IMG/VR virus record: IMGVR_UViG_3300050821_010761
Location: 1-40,807 of that record
Length of the DNA stretch: 40,807 nucleotides
Source of the DNA: a virus
Taxonomy: Duplodnaviria; Heunggongvirae; Uroviricota; Caudoviricetes
Strand: one strand, 5' to 3'
The notes below the pieces were generated by a model. It worked only from the letters and a program-made list of their open reading frames with translations, ran no database searches and was not told where the DNA came from. The translations under genes and the position numbers were made by a program. Positions 25,192-34,306 of this stretch are shown in pieces (positions within the stretch are counted from its first letter, which is position 1; every line of letters begins with the position of its first letter).

Positions 25192-27828
25192 ATGTCAGTT
25201 TTCAGTAAGTTTTTATCATTGCAGTCGGCTGTTCCTAGGACCGTAGATTTATCTAGTGCGTCAAGCATTCTTGGCTTGTCCAACATGCAGCTTTTGGGTT
25301 CCACTTCTGGATACATCCAGATGGCCGCCAACTCTACCACAACTCCATACACGATTACGTGGCCCGCCGCAATTGCTGGTGGATCTGGATATGTGTTAAC
25401 AAGCGATGCTTCTGGCAACTTAACTTGGGCGCCCGCAGCTACTTCTGGGATCACACAATTAACTGGTGATGTAACTGCAGGTCCAGGAACTGGATCACAG
25501 GTTGCCACTTTAGCCACGGTTAACTCAAACACTGGCTCTTTTGGATCATCGACTGCTATACCTTCCTTCACAGTAAATGGTAAGGGGTTAATTACTGCAG
25601 CTAGCACAAATGCTGTTGTAGCCCCTGCTGGAACATTGACTGGCACAACTTTAGCCAGTAACGTTGTAAGTTCTTCATTAACTTCAGTTGGCACGATTAC
25701 CTCTGGAACTTGGAATGGAAGCGCAATCGGTCCTATCTACGGCGGTACAGGCTTAACATCTTATAACACTGGCGACACTCTCTACGCCAGCGCTTCCAAC
25801 GTTTTATCTGCATTGCCAATCGGCACTAGTGGTCAAGTTTTGACAGTAGTCGCTGGCATTCCCGCTTGGGAAACTCCTGCCACTAGCGGAACAGTAACAT
25901 CGGTTTCCGTAGTGTCTACAAATGGTTTTGCTGGTACGGTAGCCAATCCTAGCACCACGCCCGCAATCACAATTGAAACAACCATCAATTCTCCAGTTTT
26001 GGCTGGTAACGGTACAGCAATAAGTGCTGCAACTACCACTGGTTCTGGATCCACTGTCGTTTTGGCTGACGCTCCAACATTTGCTGGTAACGTTAATTTG
26101 GGCGGTTTTGAAATCAATGATTTGGCCATGGCTGGATCACCCGCTGGAACCGATGCAACGAACGTAACTTACGTCAATGCGCAAATCGCTGCTGCTATCA
26201 ACGGTTTGACTTGGAAAGGTCCAGTAAGTGCTTACGCAACTAGTAACGTTCCTCTGACTGGCGGTGCAACTCTTACAATCGATAGTTATGCTGTTCAAAA
26301 CGGTAACTATGTCATATTGTCCAATCAGACAACGGCTTCGCAAAACAACGTATACGTTGCAAGCGGAATCGGCACTGCATACACCTTGTCTTTGGCTCCT
26401 GCTGCAGAACTCACGACTGCAATTGGCGATGCATACCTGATTGAAGACGGTACAGTGTGGGCAAATTCTGCTGTTCAAGCAAATGCGATTTCACCGAATA
26501 ACACATATATTCAATTTGCTGGCCCTAACTTTTATACCTTTACTTCTCCATTGTCATTGACTGGAACCACTGTTAGTGTTGGTTACGACAACTCCACTAT
26601 CGCTGTCAACGGTAGTAATCAACTTTATGTTCCAACGAGCGGCATCACCAGTACGCAATTGGCCAATGGTGCCGTAACTTATGCCAAAATTCAAAACGAA
26701 AGCGCTGATACTTTGTTAGGCAATCCAACTGGCAGCGCTGCTTCTCCAAGCGAAATCACTCTTGGTGCTACGCTGAGCTTCTCTGGTACGGTTCTGGAAA
26801 CTGGCGCTGGTACTGGCGATGTCACTTGGTCCGCTAATAGTTTTGTTACAACTCTAGCAACCGTAAATTCAAGCCCAGGCACTTTTGCAATTGCTACTTT
26901 AACTGTCAATGCAAAAGGTCTCGTAACGGCAGCTTCGGCAGCTTCTACGACTGGTACTGGCGCTGTTGTTCTCGCTAGTAGCCCTTCTCTGACTACGCCA
27001 AATATCGGTGCCGCAACAGCTTCAAATTTAAATGTGACTAGCTTAACGGCTAGCGAAGCAGTATTTACCGATAGCTCTAAAAACTTAGTTTCCAATCCCA
27101 TCACTGGTACTGGCAACGTGGTTATGTCTGCATCGCCAACCTTAACTGGCACGATCAGTGCTGCCAACCAGACGTTATCTGGTAACTTGGTTGCTCCCAT
27201 TGTACAAGTGAGTGGAACCTATCAAGGTCCTCAGACTTTGGCTGCCAATACTACCTATGCGTTGCGATGGGGAATTCCTTCGAATTCTTACTACACGTTC
27301 ACGATTCCTTCTTCCAGCATCACGGCAGGCACTGTTTACACAAATAACGGGCAGACTTTTACTGTTGTAACTACTACATCTTCAAGTACTTCCTTGTTGA
27401 CATACGCTACGGGTGCTCCAACATCGTCTGGAACATTGACGTTTGTTTCTGGTAGCCCTTCGGGCAACTTATCGTTTAGCGCAGAAAGTGCGACTGCAGA
27501 AGTTGCTGGGGATCTATATCTAGCTGACTGGAATACTTCATTGGTTGGTCTAGATATATTTTGGGTTGCAGGACTTTATAACTCTACTTCTAGCACACCG
27601 ACTGGAACTTCAGTAACCATTACAACTAAGGGATCGTTTACATTAGGAAGTTCTGATACTGCATTTGGATCTGTCAATCAAGGCAAACCTTACTGGTTGG
27701 GATCTGCTGGAGCGTTCACCCCTAATAGCACGTTTAGTCCCGCCAGCGGAGATGCCAACGAAAAATTGGGCATTGTAACTGGCGCCACTACTGTATGGGT
27801 GGATCTACAAATGATGGGCGTATCTTAA
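25192..27828 (+). CDS. Long tail/head fibre protein (878 aa)
   Basis: Very Thr/Ser/Gly-rich with typical fibre repeats (GYVLTSDASGNLTW, GQVLTVVAGIPAW, GDVT...TLATVNS...TVNxKGLxTAAS twice, DATNVTYV). C-terminal DUF2190-like domain is interrupted by an inserted module. Confidence 0.75.
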   Translation: MSVFSKFLSLQSAVPRTVDLSSASSILGLSNMQLLGSTSGYIQMAANSTTTPYTITWPAAIAGGSGYVLTSDASGNLTWAPAATSGITQLTGDVTAGPGTGSQVATLATVNSNTGSFGSSTAIPSFTVNGKGLITAASTNAVVAPAGTLTGTTLASNVVSSSLTSVGTITSGTWNGSAIGPIYGGTGLTSYNTGDTLYASASNVLSALPIGTSGQVLTVVAGIPAWETPATSGTVTSVSVVSTNGFAGTVANPSTTPAITIETTINSPVLAGNGTAISAATTTGSGSTVVLADAPTFAGNVNLGGFEINDLAMAGSPAGTDATNVTYVNAQIAAAINGLTWKGPVSAYATSNVPLTGGATLTIDSYAVQNGNYVILSNQTTASQNNVYVASGIGTAYTLSLAPAAELTTAIGDAYLIEDGTVWANSAVQANAISPNNTYIQFAGPNFYTFTSPLSLTGTTVSVGYDNSTIAVNGSNQLYVPTSGITSTQLANGAVTYAKIQNESADTLLGNPTGSAASPSEITLGATLSFSGTVLETGAGTGDVTWSANSFVTTLATVNSSPGTFAIATLTVNAKGLVTAASAASTTGTGAVVLASSPSLTTPNIGAATASNLNVTSLTASEAVFTDSSKNLVSNPITGTGNVVMSASPTLTGTISAANQTLSGNLVAPIVQVSGTYQGPQTLAANTTYALRWGIPSNSYYTFTIPSSSITAGTVYTNNGQTFTVVTTTSSSTSLLTYATGAPTSSGTLTFVSGSPSGNLSFSAESATAEVAGDLYLADWNTSLVGLDIFWVAGLYNSTSSTPTGTSVTITTKGSFTLGSSDTAFGSVNQGKPYWLGSAGAFTPNSTFSPASGDANEKLGIVTGATTVWVDLQMMGVS
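27427..27470 (+). repeat. 44-nt perfect direct repeat, copy 1
   Basis: TCTGGAACATTGACGTTTGTTTCTGGTAGCCCTTCGGGCAACTT, identical to 29860-29903. Confidence 0.95.
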
Positions 27829-27838
27829 GGGATAATTA

Positions 27839-28141
27839 ATGGCAGGTACATTCACTAGATTGATCAATGGAGTTCCACGAACCATACAGATAGATAATGA
27901 AGTCTCTCTGTCTAGTGGAGCTACGTCAAAAGTAGTGACGTTTCCCCTCTCTTTGCAAACTGGTAATGCTTCCCCGCGCGTCGTAGCTTGGATCTTTAAT
28001 AGTACCGATACTAATCCGCAATATTTTCCAGTGACGATAACTGCTAGGTCTAGCACTGGATTCACCGCTTCCTGGGATAATCCCACGGATACTGTAAATT
28101 ATTTATTGAGTTATATTGTAGCAGATGGATTTGTGGCATAA
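27839..28141 (+). CDS. Small fibre-associated protein, single H-type-lectin/gp53-like beta-sandwich
   Basis: 'VVTFP...VTITARSSTGFTASW...NYLLSY' is homologous to two repeats in the next gene. Confidence 0.55.
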   Translation: MAGTFTRLINGVPRTIQIDNEVSLSSGATSKVVTFPLSLQTGNASPRVVAWIFNSTDTNPQYFPVTITARSSTGFTASWDNPTDTVNYLLSYIVADGFVA

Positions 28142-29196
28142 TGGCTGGTAGAAAGTTCGACATTAGACAATCCAGATTCTACGGAATCTTACAACAGATT
28201 CTTCCATTCTTGACTTTTCAAGAAATGGATACTGTAGTTTTGTCTATTGATTCGGATTTGACCGTTCCTTTAAGGGTTGATGCCAACAATCCATCCAGTC
28301 TTATCGTCAATGTTAAGGGTACAGTAATAACAAATACTTACTCTAATAGAAGTAGGTCGATATCATTCATTAACAATTCTCTACCTACTTTGGTTAGTGG
28401 AACAGTAACGTTTCCTTCTGCAAGTGGTGGAAATATCACGACTTCTACTGGCGGCACGACAGTTTTAACATGTCCTCCTAGTAATTATGCTCAAGTTTTA
28501 CTCTCTTTGGATTCTACTGGAGACTTGATTGCTACGGCTGGTGGAGCAAGTCCAACTTTATCTAGTGCTACTGTACCATCCCCGCCGACTAATACGCTGC
28601 CATTTGCTTACGTAACAGTATTTAATGCAGGCGGAACAATTCAAAATATTACTCAAAGTAATATTTACCAACTTCTGGGTGGCGGCGGTAGTTCTTCAGG
28701 TGGTACCGCAACGGGTTTTGCTCAAGAAGTACCATTGACAATTGGCACTACCAATGTAACCGTTACATTTCCCTCTTCCTTAGCTGGCACTGGTTACATT
28801 GTAAATGCCCAGATGGTTAATACGATAGATGTCAATCCAGAATTTCAGGCAGTTACTATCACCAATAAAACCGTAAATGGATTTACGGCTTCTTGGAATG
28901 CCGCATTGGACACGACGAATTATAATCTTGACTATGTAGTTCCAGGTGTACAGTCACAAATTGGAGAAGTGTCTATAGGAATTGGTGTTACAAGCATTTC
29001 TGTTACTTTACCAATAGCTATGACTTCGACTGCTTACGTAGTTACGGCACAAATGATAGATACTGTTGATGGAACCCCACAGTTTCAGCCGATAAATATA
29101 ACGGCAAAAAGTACAACTGGTTTTACCGCAAGCTGGAATACTTTAACTGATACGGCGAATTATCGCCTAGACTATAACGCGGCTGTATATCAGTAA
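28141..29196 (+). CDS. Fibre-associated protein with two C-terminal H-type-lectin/gp53-like repeats
   Basis: Two repeats of about 75 aa, 'EVxxxIGxTxxxVTxP...YxVxAQMxxTxD..PxFQ..IT.K..GFTASWN...DTxNYxLDY'. Confidence 0.6.
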   Translation: MAGRKFDIRQSRFYGILQQILPFLTFQEMDTVVLSIDSDLTVPLRVDANNPSSLIVNVKGTVITNTYSNRSRSISFINNSLPTLVSGTVTFPSASGGNITTSTGGTTVLTCPPSNYAQVLLSLDSTGDLIATAGGASPTLSSATVPSPPTNTLPFAYVTVFNAGGTIQNITQSNIYQLLGGGGSSSGGTATGFAQEVPLTIGTTNVTVTFPSSLAGTGYIVNAQMVNTIDVNPEFQAVTITNKTVNGFTASWNAALDTTNYNLDYVVPGVQSQIGEVSIGIGVTSISVTLPIAMTSTAYVVTAQMIDTVDGTPQFQPINITAKSTTGFTASWNTLTDTANYRLDYNAAVYQ

Positions 29197-29211
29197 CTTT
29201 AGGAGAATCAA

Positions 29212-31695
29212 ATGTCTGTAATGCAGTATGGTGGAATTATCGAGCAAGTTGCTTCAACAGCAACAGCTGGAGGCACCACCAATTTAACGAATACATCGGC
29301 TCAAATTCAGGTTTGGACGGGTACACTTAATCAAACTATCGTTTTACCAAATGCAACGACATTTACTACCGCTGGTGCGAAGTTTGAATTTTATAATACT
29401 TCTACTGGCACTCTGACGATCGAAACTAACGGATCAGCTTTTTTGGCAACTGTTTCTCCTAACAGTTCATTGGTTCTTAAGTTAGCTAACAACAGTTCAT
29501 CTGCTGGTACTTGGGTAGAGCAAACTGGCGGTACTGGAACAGGAACTGGTAGCAAAAATTACCTTTCTGCTTATACCGCTTCCACTTCTGGAGGCACCGC
29601 AAACACTGGCAATGGTAACTTTGAGAACGGATCTACTTCTGGTTGGGGCTTAGGCGCAGTTGGATCTCCTATTACAAATGGTTTGCCTGTTGGAACTCCT
29701 ACATTTACTACAGCAACCACTCTTTATACTTTTCAAATCTCTGTAGCGTCTCCTGGTGCGGGCTCAGTTTATACTAACAACGGACAAACATTCACGGTTT
29801 TATACACCGAGGTAGCCAACACTGCTGTTGTAATGACTGGAACTGGAGCACCTTCGGCTTCTGGAACATTGACGTTTGTTTCTGGTAGCCCTTCGGGCAA
29901 CTTGACTTTTAGTTCGTTCGCAACTGAAACTCTTTCAACAGTCTCTGGCGGAACTCAAATAGCTGGTTCATATTCTGGATCATTGGCAATGAGCAGCAAC
30001 AGCACGCTTGGTAACTGTCTCGCATCGAATGCATTTTTCATTGATGCAGAAGACCAAGGAAAGGTTCTTACTGTAAAATTTTATTATCAAATTGCTAGTG
30101 GTGCATCTAACGCCAACTTCTCTGGAACATCGTCAAACAGTTTTGCTTGGGCAATCTACGACGTAACCAATTCAGCATGGCTTGGAACTGCTGGTCAGTT
30201 CGGAATTACCCAGAGTTCTGGTAGCGGTTATGTTACTGGAACTTTTCAGACAGCAATCACGACGACAGAACTACGTTTCGTATTATACAATTCCGCTTTC
30301 ACTAGTGGCGCTGTTACGATGTATCTCGACGACATTTTTGTAGGTCCTCAGACTGCACCTATCGGTCCAGCAGTGACTGATTGGGTATCTTACACTCCTA
30401 CTGGAACATGGACATCCAATGCCACATACACGGGTAAATACAGACGTGTAGGAGATACTGGATTTTATGATGTCACAGTAACTCTTTCAGGTGCCCCCAA
30501 TGCTGCTAACCTGGGCATCAACATGCCAGCAGGTCAGGTATTCGATACAACAAAAATGACTAATTCCGTTGGCGGAGCAATTCCAGAATTGGGCATCTGG
30601 GGATCTACTCATGCTTCTTTGTTCCAGGCTGGTGTGGTCTATTGGGCTGGCACCACACAAGTAGCCGTCGCATACATAGAAAACGTTCTGGGACAAATTG
30701 CTACCGTAAGTAACACCCTACCTTTCACGTGGGCATCAGGGGACATCATCAACGTAAGATGGTCAGGACCCGTAGCTGGCTGGTCATCAAACGTCAACAT
30801 GTCCTCGGACACTGATACTCGTGTTGTGGCTATGCAATATTCAGACACATCAGGAGCATCAATAGGAACGAGTCCTGCCGTATATAAGTTTTCTACTCAA
30901 CTCTACGACAGCCACGCTGCTTATAGCACATCTACTGGTACATACACGGTTCCCGTGACAGGGCAATATAGAGTAAGTGCCTCGTTATTGTCTGCTGCGG
31001 TATTACTAACAACAGCTGAAAGCTTTCAGATTTATATTTATCATAATGGTGCTCAGTACACAAGCTTTGCAAATCTTGGTAATGGCGTTTCAAACAACTA
31101 CGATACAACTATATCAGGAACAATTTCTTGTCTGGCTGGCGATACTATTCAGGTATTTGCTAGATCTGCAGTCGCGACAACCGCTGCAACTAATGCTGGA
31201 TTCAACCTCTTATCTATAGAGCGCCTCTCAGGTCCCGCAGTCGTTGCCGCTACTGAGTCTGTGAATGCCAGATATACCTTCATTGGAGCTACTGGATTGC
31301 CAACTGCAACTGGAGAAACTCTTACTAGCACTTACGCTACGTACACAAAAGTCAAAGATACTCACAATGCATTCAACACTTCTACTGGAGTGTACACAAT
31401 TCCTGTTAGTGGATCGTACCAGGTATCTTTGAGAGCATCCATGTCGCCATCTTCGGCAAATACAGGCGGATTAGCTATCGCCGCTACTCAAGCTGGTTCT
31501 GCGACAACTTCATCTGAAGCAGTCATGCCGTTTTCTGGGACTGGTACTCAGTCTTCTCCCGCAGTGACGGACATATTTAACTGTTTGGCAGGAGACACTC
31601 TGACTCTAACGGCAATACAAAATAGTGGCGGAACTGAAGCTTTCTTAAGTACAGCTGCATTTAATTCATTCTCGATCTCACGAGTCGGAAATTAA
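29212..31695 (+). CDS. Receptor-binding/tail fibre protein with CBM-like domain and two C1q-like domains (827 aa)
   Basis: 'NGNFENGSTSGW...MYLDDIFVGP' is CBM-like. 'YDSHAAYSTSTGTYTVPVTGQYRV' and 'DTHNAFNTSTGVYTIPVSGSYQV' are C1q signatures. AGGAG RBS. Confidence 0.7.
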   Translation: MSVMQYGGIIEQVASTATAGGTTNLTNTSAQIQVWTGTLNQTIVLPNATTFTTAGAKFEFYNTSTGTLTIETNGSAFLATVSPNSSLVLKLANNSSSAGTWVEQTGGTGTGTGSKNYLSAYTASTSGGTANTGNGNFENGSTSGWGLGAVGSPITNGLPVGTPTFTTATTLYTFQISVASPGAGSVYTNNGQTFTVLYTEVANTAVVMTGTGAPSASGTLTFVSGSPSGNLTFSSFATETLSTVSGGTQIAGSYSGSLAMSSNSTLGNCLASNAFFIDAEDQGKVLTVKFYYQIASGASNANFSGTSSNSFAWAIYDVTNSAWLGTAGQFGITQSSGSGYVTGTFQTAITTTELRFVLYNSAFTSGAVTMYLDDIFVGPQTAPIGPAVTDWVSYTPTGTWTSNATYTGKYRRVGDTGFYDVTVTLSGAPNAANLGINMPAGQVFDTTKMTNSVGGAIPELGIWGSTHASLFQAGVVYWAGTTQVAVAYIENVLGQIATVSNTLPFTWASGDIINVRWSGPVAGWSSNVNMSSDTDTRVVAMQYSDTSGASIGTSPAVYKFSTQLYDSHAAYSTSTGTYTVPVTGQYRVSASLLSAAVLLTTAESFQIYIYHNGAQYTSFANLGNGVSNNYDTTISGTISCLAGDTIQVFARSAVATTAATNAGFNLLSIERLSGPAVVAATESVNARYTFIGATGLPTATGETLTSTYATYTKVKDTHNAFNTSTGVYTIPVSGSYQVSLRASMSPSSANTGGLAIAATQAGSATTSSEAVMPFSGTGTQSSPAVTDIFNCLAGDTLTLTAIQNSGGTEAFLSTAAFNSFSISRVGN
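29860..29903 (+). repeat. 44-nt perfect direct repeat, copy 2
   Basis: Identical to 27427-27470. Confidence 0.95.
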
Positions 31696-32537
31696 TGTCT
31701 AACCCATATTTCGCGATGATTCAGCCGAACATAGATTCTTTTGGCGTAATCACGCAGAATGCCAAGCAGAATTGGGACGGTGGAGATACGACCCAGAGAT
31801 GCGCCATGTTCATGTGTGCCATGCAATACCATCTGGAAGCTGGAAGAATTACACAAACTCAATTTAACGAGATGGCCACGCGCTACATGGGTATCATAAA
31901 CAATCTACTTTACCGCAAAATTTGGTCGTTGCGTAGGCATCCAGATCCAACTAAATGGTATCACGATCCAAACCGCATGTCTAGGGATCAACTTACCTCA
32001 AATATCTGCGCACTAGGTTTCGCTAGTAAGTGGACCTTATTCAAGTTGCTTCTTGGAAATATTCTTAGGGGCATGCTTTTTACCACGAATACACGTGAAA
32101 ACGGGGCTACCAAATCCAACGGTCAACCGATTAGTTTTCTGCAAAGAATTCAGTACTTTTTTGGATGGAGACCCGCTTATCCAGTGTGGGCTTGGAGTTT
32201 GCCAGACGTTACTGATCCATCCATCTGGGGAGCCTATATTCGCGGTCTAAGTGCGTGGCCGCTGTATCCTTTACTATTTTTGACTGACTTAGTCTTGGTC
32301 ATCCAATCCCTCATTACTCTTTATGAGACTGACAACGGTACGGCAAGTGACGATCAATTGACTCAGCAAATGCTTTTGCTTCAATCTAACTATAGACTTA
32401 AAACTCCAGTTTCTATGCTTGCCATGTGGCTTTATAAGAAAGCCAATCCTATGGCTGCTTTGAATGCATATTTTGCACCAGCTAATGATGGTCCTGCAAT
32501 GAATAAAGTATATACTGAGATTTGGGCTGATCAATAA
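31695..32537 (+). CDS. Hypothetical helical, partly hydrophobic protein (280 aa)
   Basis: TAATG-coupled to the fibre gene. Motif-like WDGGDT, RRHP and MSRDQ, plus two hydrophobic segments. Confidence 0.65.
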   Translation: MSNPYFAMIQPNIDSFGVITQNAKQNWDGGDTTQRCAMFMCAMQYHLEAGRITQTQFNEMATRYMGIINNLLYRKIWSLRRHPDPTKWYHDPNRMSRDQLTSNICALGFASKWTLFKLLLGNILRGMLFTTNTRENGATKSNGQPISFLQRIQYFFGWRPAYPVWAWSLPDVTDPSIWGAYIRGLSAWPLYPLLFLTDLVLVIQSLITLYETDNGTASDDQLTQQMLLLQSNYRLKTPVSMLAMWLYKKANPMAALNAYFAPANDGPAMNKVYTEIWADQ

Positions 32538-33518
32538 TTATTTGATTTTGTCTGCTTTAAGAATGGCATTGACGGCTTTTCTTATCACGTCTACATCTTG
32601 TCCTAGGTTGAATCTACCATAGCTATCATCCGTCCCCAAAGAAGATCCAGTAGTCCAATTTATTCCAGCTTTTTGTAGCAACTTATTGCATTTTGCATCA
32701 ATTTTGCTATAGTGGAACATTCCCTCATCTCTAACTGGCCATGAATGGAAAAATTTCTCAAGCTTTGACCATTGCCCTCTATTATCGTCCAAAAATCCTT
32801 TCGCCAATTTTTCGAAACTTTCCCAGTCGAAATCATAAAGTGCATTTTTAATAATTTCTTGGCTTGCAATACCAAGACCACAGTATTCGCCCATCAAAAG
32901 TTCCCTGATTCTTTCTGACAACAAATCATCGTTAGTGGCTATCCATCCGACTCGAATACCATTTATGCCTAGTAGTTTGCTATAACTGCCAGCCAAAATG
33001 TCGTGAGCGGGAATGGGGATGAAACATCCAGAAGTATAAATCTTATTCAAATAGACACCATCAAGCAACATTGGCGACAACATAGATTTGCTAATGCCGT
33101 GGATAATGCCTAGTGGATTAGAAGGGATATCCAACAGAATTACGCTCTCTTTTGGATCTATGTGACGATTTTCGTCGACATGCATAAGATCTGCCGCTTT
33201 AATCATGGAAGGATATCTCAAATACCAAGGCGCATTTCTGGTGTGGCAATAGATAGCCCCACGTTGTTTTAACGCCCTCAAGCCTATTGTGACAGCCCCA
33301 GTTGCGCCATTGGTAAGAAATACATATTTCTTTTCTATTCCAGTCTGTCGCTTGATTACCTGCTTGGTAATTTCTATTAGTTCTTGATCGCCGCCATATG
33401 CTGGATAGTCGAATGTGGATAGGCGGTCTCTGGTGAAAATGATCATGTTGCCATGGTAAGTCTCAAGGAATGCTTTTCTTACGCAAACGGAATTGCCAAA
33501 ACCTAAGTCCAACTTCAT
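32538..33518 (-). CDS. PLP-dependent fold-type I enzyme (aminotransferase class I/II; alliinase/tryptophan aminotransferase-like)
   Basis: 'LTNGATGA', 'PSNPLG', 'LDGVY', PLP-lysine motif 'GSYSKLLGINGIRVGW' and C-terminal substrate Arg in 'YGRFNL'. Confidence 0.85.
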   Translation of the reverse strand: MKLDLGFGNSVCVRKAFLETYHGNMIIFTRDRLSTFDYPAYGGDQELIEITKQVIKRQTGIEKKYVFLTNGATGAVTIGLRALKQRGAIYCHTRNAPWYLRYPSMIKAADLMHVDENRHIDPKESVILLDIPSNPLGIIHGISKSMLSPMLLDGVYLNKIYTSGCFIPIPAHDILAGSYSKLLGINGIRVGWIATNDDLLSERIRELLMGEYCGLGIASQEIIKNALYDFDWESFEKLAKGFLDDNRGQWSKLEKFFHSWPVRDEGMFHYSKIDAKCNKLLQKAGINWTTGSSLGTDDSYGRFNLGQDVDVIRKAVNAILKADKIK

Positions 33519-34306
33519 TTTGTTGTTACGCCTGCGCCAGCGGCAGCAATCAAATTGCCAGGCATACCTTCGTTAGCTTTGATAAGTTTTATTAGACTGA
33601 TTTTTATTGTTTTATCTTCTATAGTATCGGCAAAGTCATAAAAACTCTTGATTACGTGTACGTATGTATTAACTAATTGCTCGCCTTGTTTAGTCAGGGA
33701 AGCATTATTTCCACGGGCTAAATTGGCAATCCTAGCTTTGATTTTGTATATATCATTGCTATTATCTTGATTTCTTTCCCATTCAGAAATCTCTTCCAGG
33801 CTCATTTGATGAAGCTTTTTGAGCTCTTCTTTCTTTTTCTTTTCTCTTTTTTGATTGAAATGTCTAGCTAGATCTTCTTCCGACATTTCGCCGCCAAACT
33901 CTTCCTCTGCTTTATTTGCCTTTTGGTCCATGGCTATATCAAATTGTATATTTTGCAATCCAGCAATTACTGGATCAACGGGAATAGGTTGCTCCGCTAG
34001 ATGCGTTACTACACGTGGACGAGCCTGTGGGATAACTGGCGGCTTTTTCACTGCACCAGCTGAAACTTGACTCTGGTAATTGGCCTCATTCCAACGACGA
34101 CTTTCGTGTTCCATTTCAAGTTTTTGCAAATCTTCTATAAGTGTCTCGGCTTCCTGGTACCAATCATCGTCGTCATGTTCCGAAGCGTCCATGGCGCCAT
34201 TGACTAATTCCAATAGTTTGCCAATTAATATTGTCTGCATGTTTGCGTGGGAAACGAGATGTGTAACCGTCTCATTGAATGTTGTTTGATCTAATGGATA
34301 TTTCAT
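33515..34306 (-). CDS. Hypothetical protein (263 aa, charged/coiled-coil)
   Basis: Long ORF with 4-nt ATGA overlaps on both sides. No recognised motif. Confidence 0.7.
   Translation of the reverse strand: MKYPLDQTTFNETVTHLVSHANMQTILIGKLLELVNGAMDASEHDDDDWYQEAETLIEDLQKLEMEHESRRWNEANYQSQVSAGAVKKPPVIPQARPRVVTHLAEQPIPVDPVIAGLQNIQFDIAMDQKANKAEEEFGGEMSEEDLARHFNQKREKKKKEELKKLHQMSLEEISEWERNQDNSNDIYKIKARIANLARGNNASLTKQGEQLVNTYVHVIKSFYDFADTIEDKTIKISLIKLIKANEGMPGNLIAAAGAGVTTK

Noticed and set aside
25185-27200. Antisense ORFs of 98-169 aa (e.g. 25185-25694, 26691-27200) and similar short overlapping ORFs elsewhere
   Set aside because: These are shadows of Thr/Ser/Gly/Ala-rich codons on the coding strand, with no motifs of their own.
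27292-29913. Diversity-generating retroelement template/variable repeat pair
   Set aside because: Differences between the module copies are not adenine-specific, both copies are coding and internal, and there is no reverse transcriptase in the window.
1-32537. Extracellular contractile injection system or tailocin instead of a phage
   Set aside because: The contiguous primase, helicase, recombinase and sigma-like genes and the phage-style gene packing indicate a replicating phage.
32530-32546. Terminator at the convergence of the structural and replication arms
   Set aside because: Only a weak AT-rich imperfect inverted repeat (ATCAA-TAATTAT-TTGAT) formed around two abutting stop codons; there is no stable stem.
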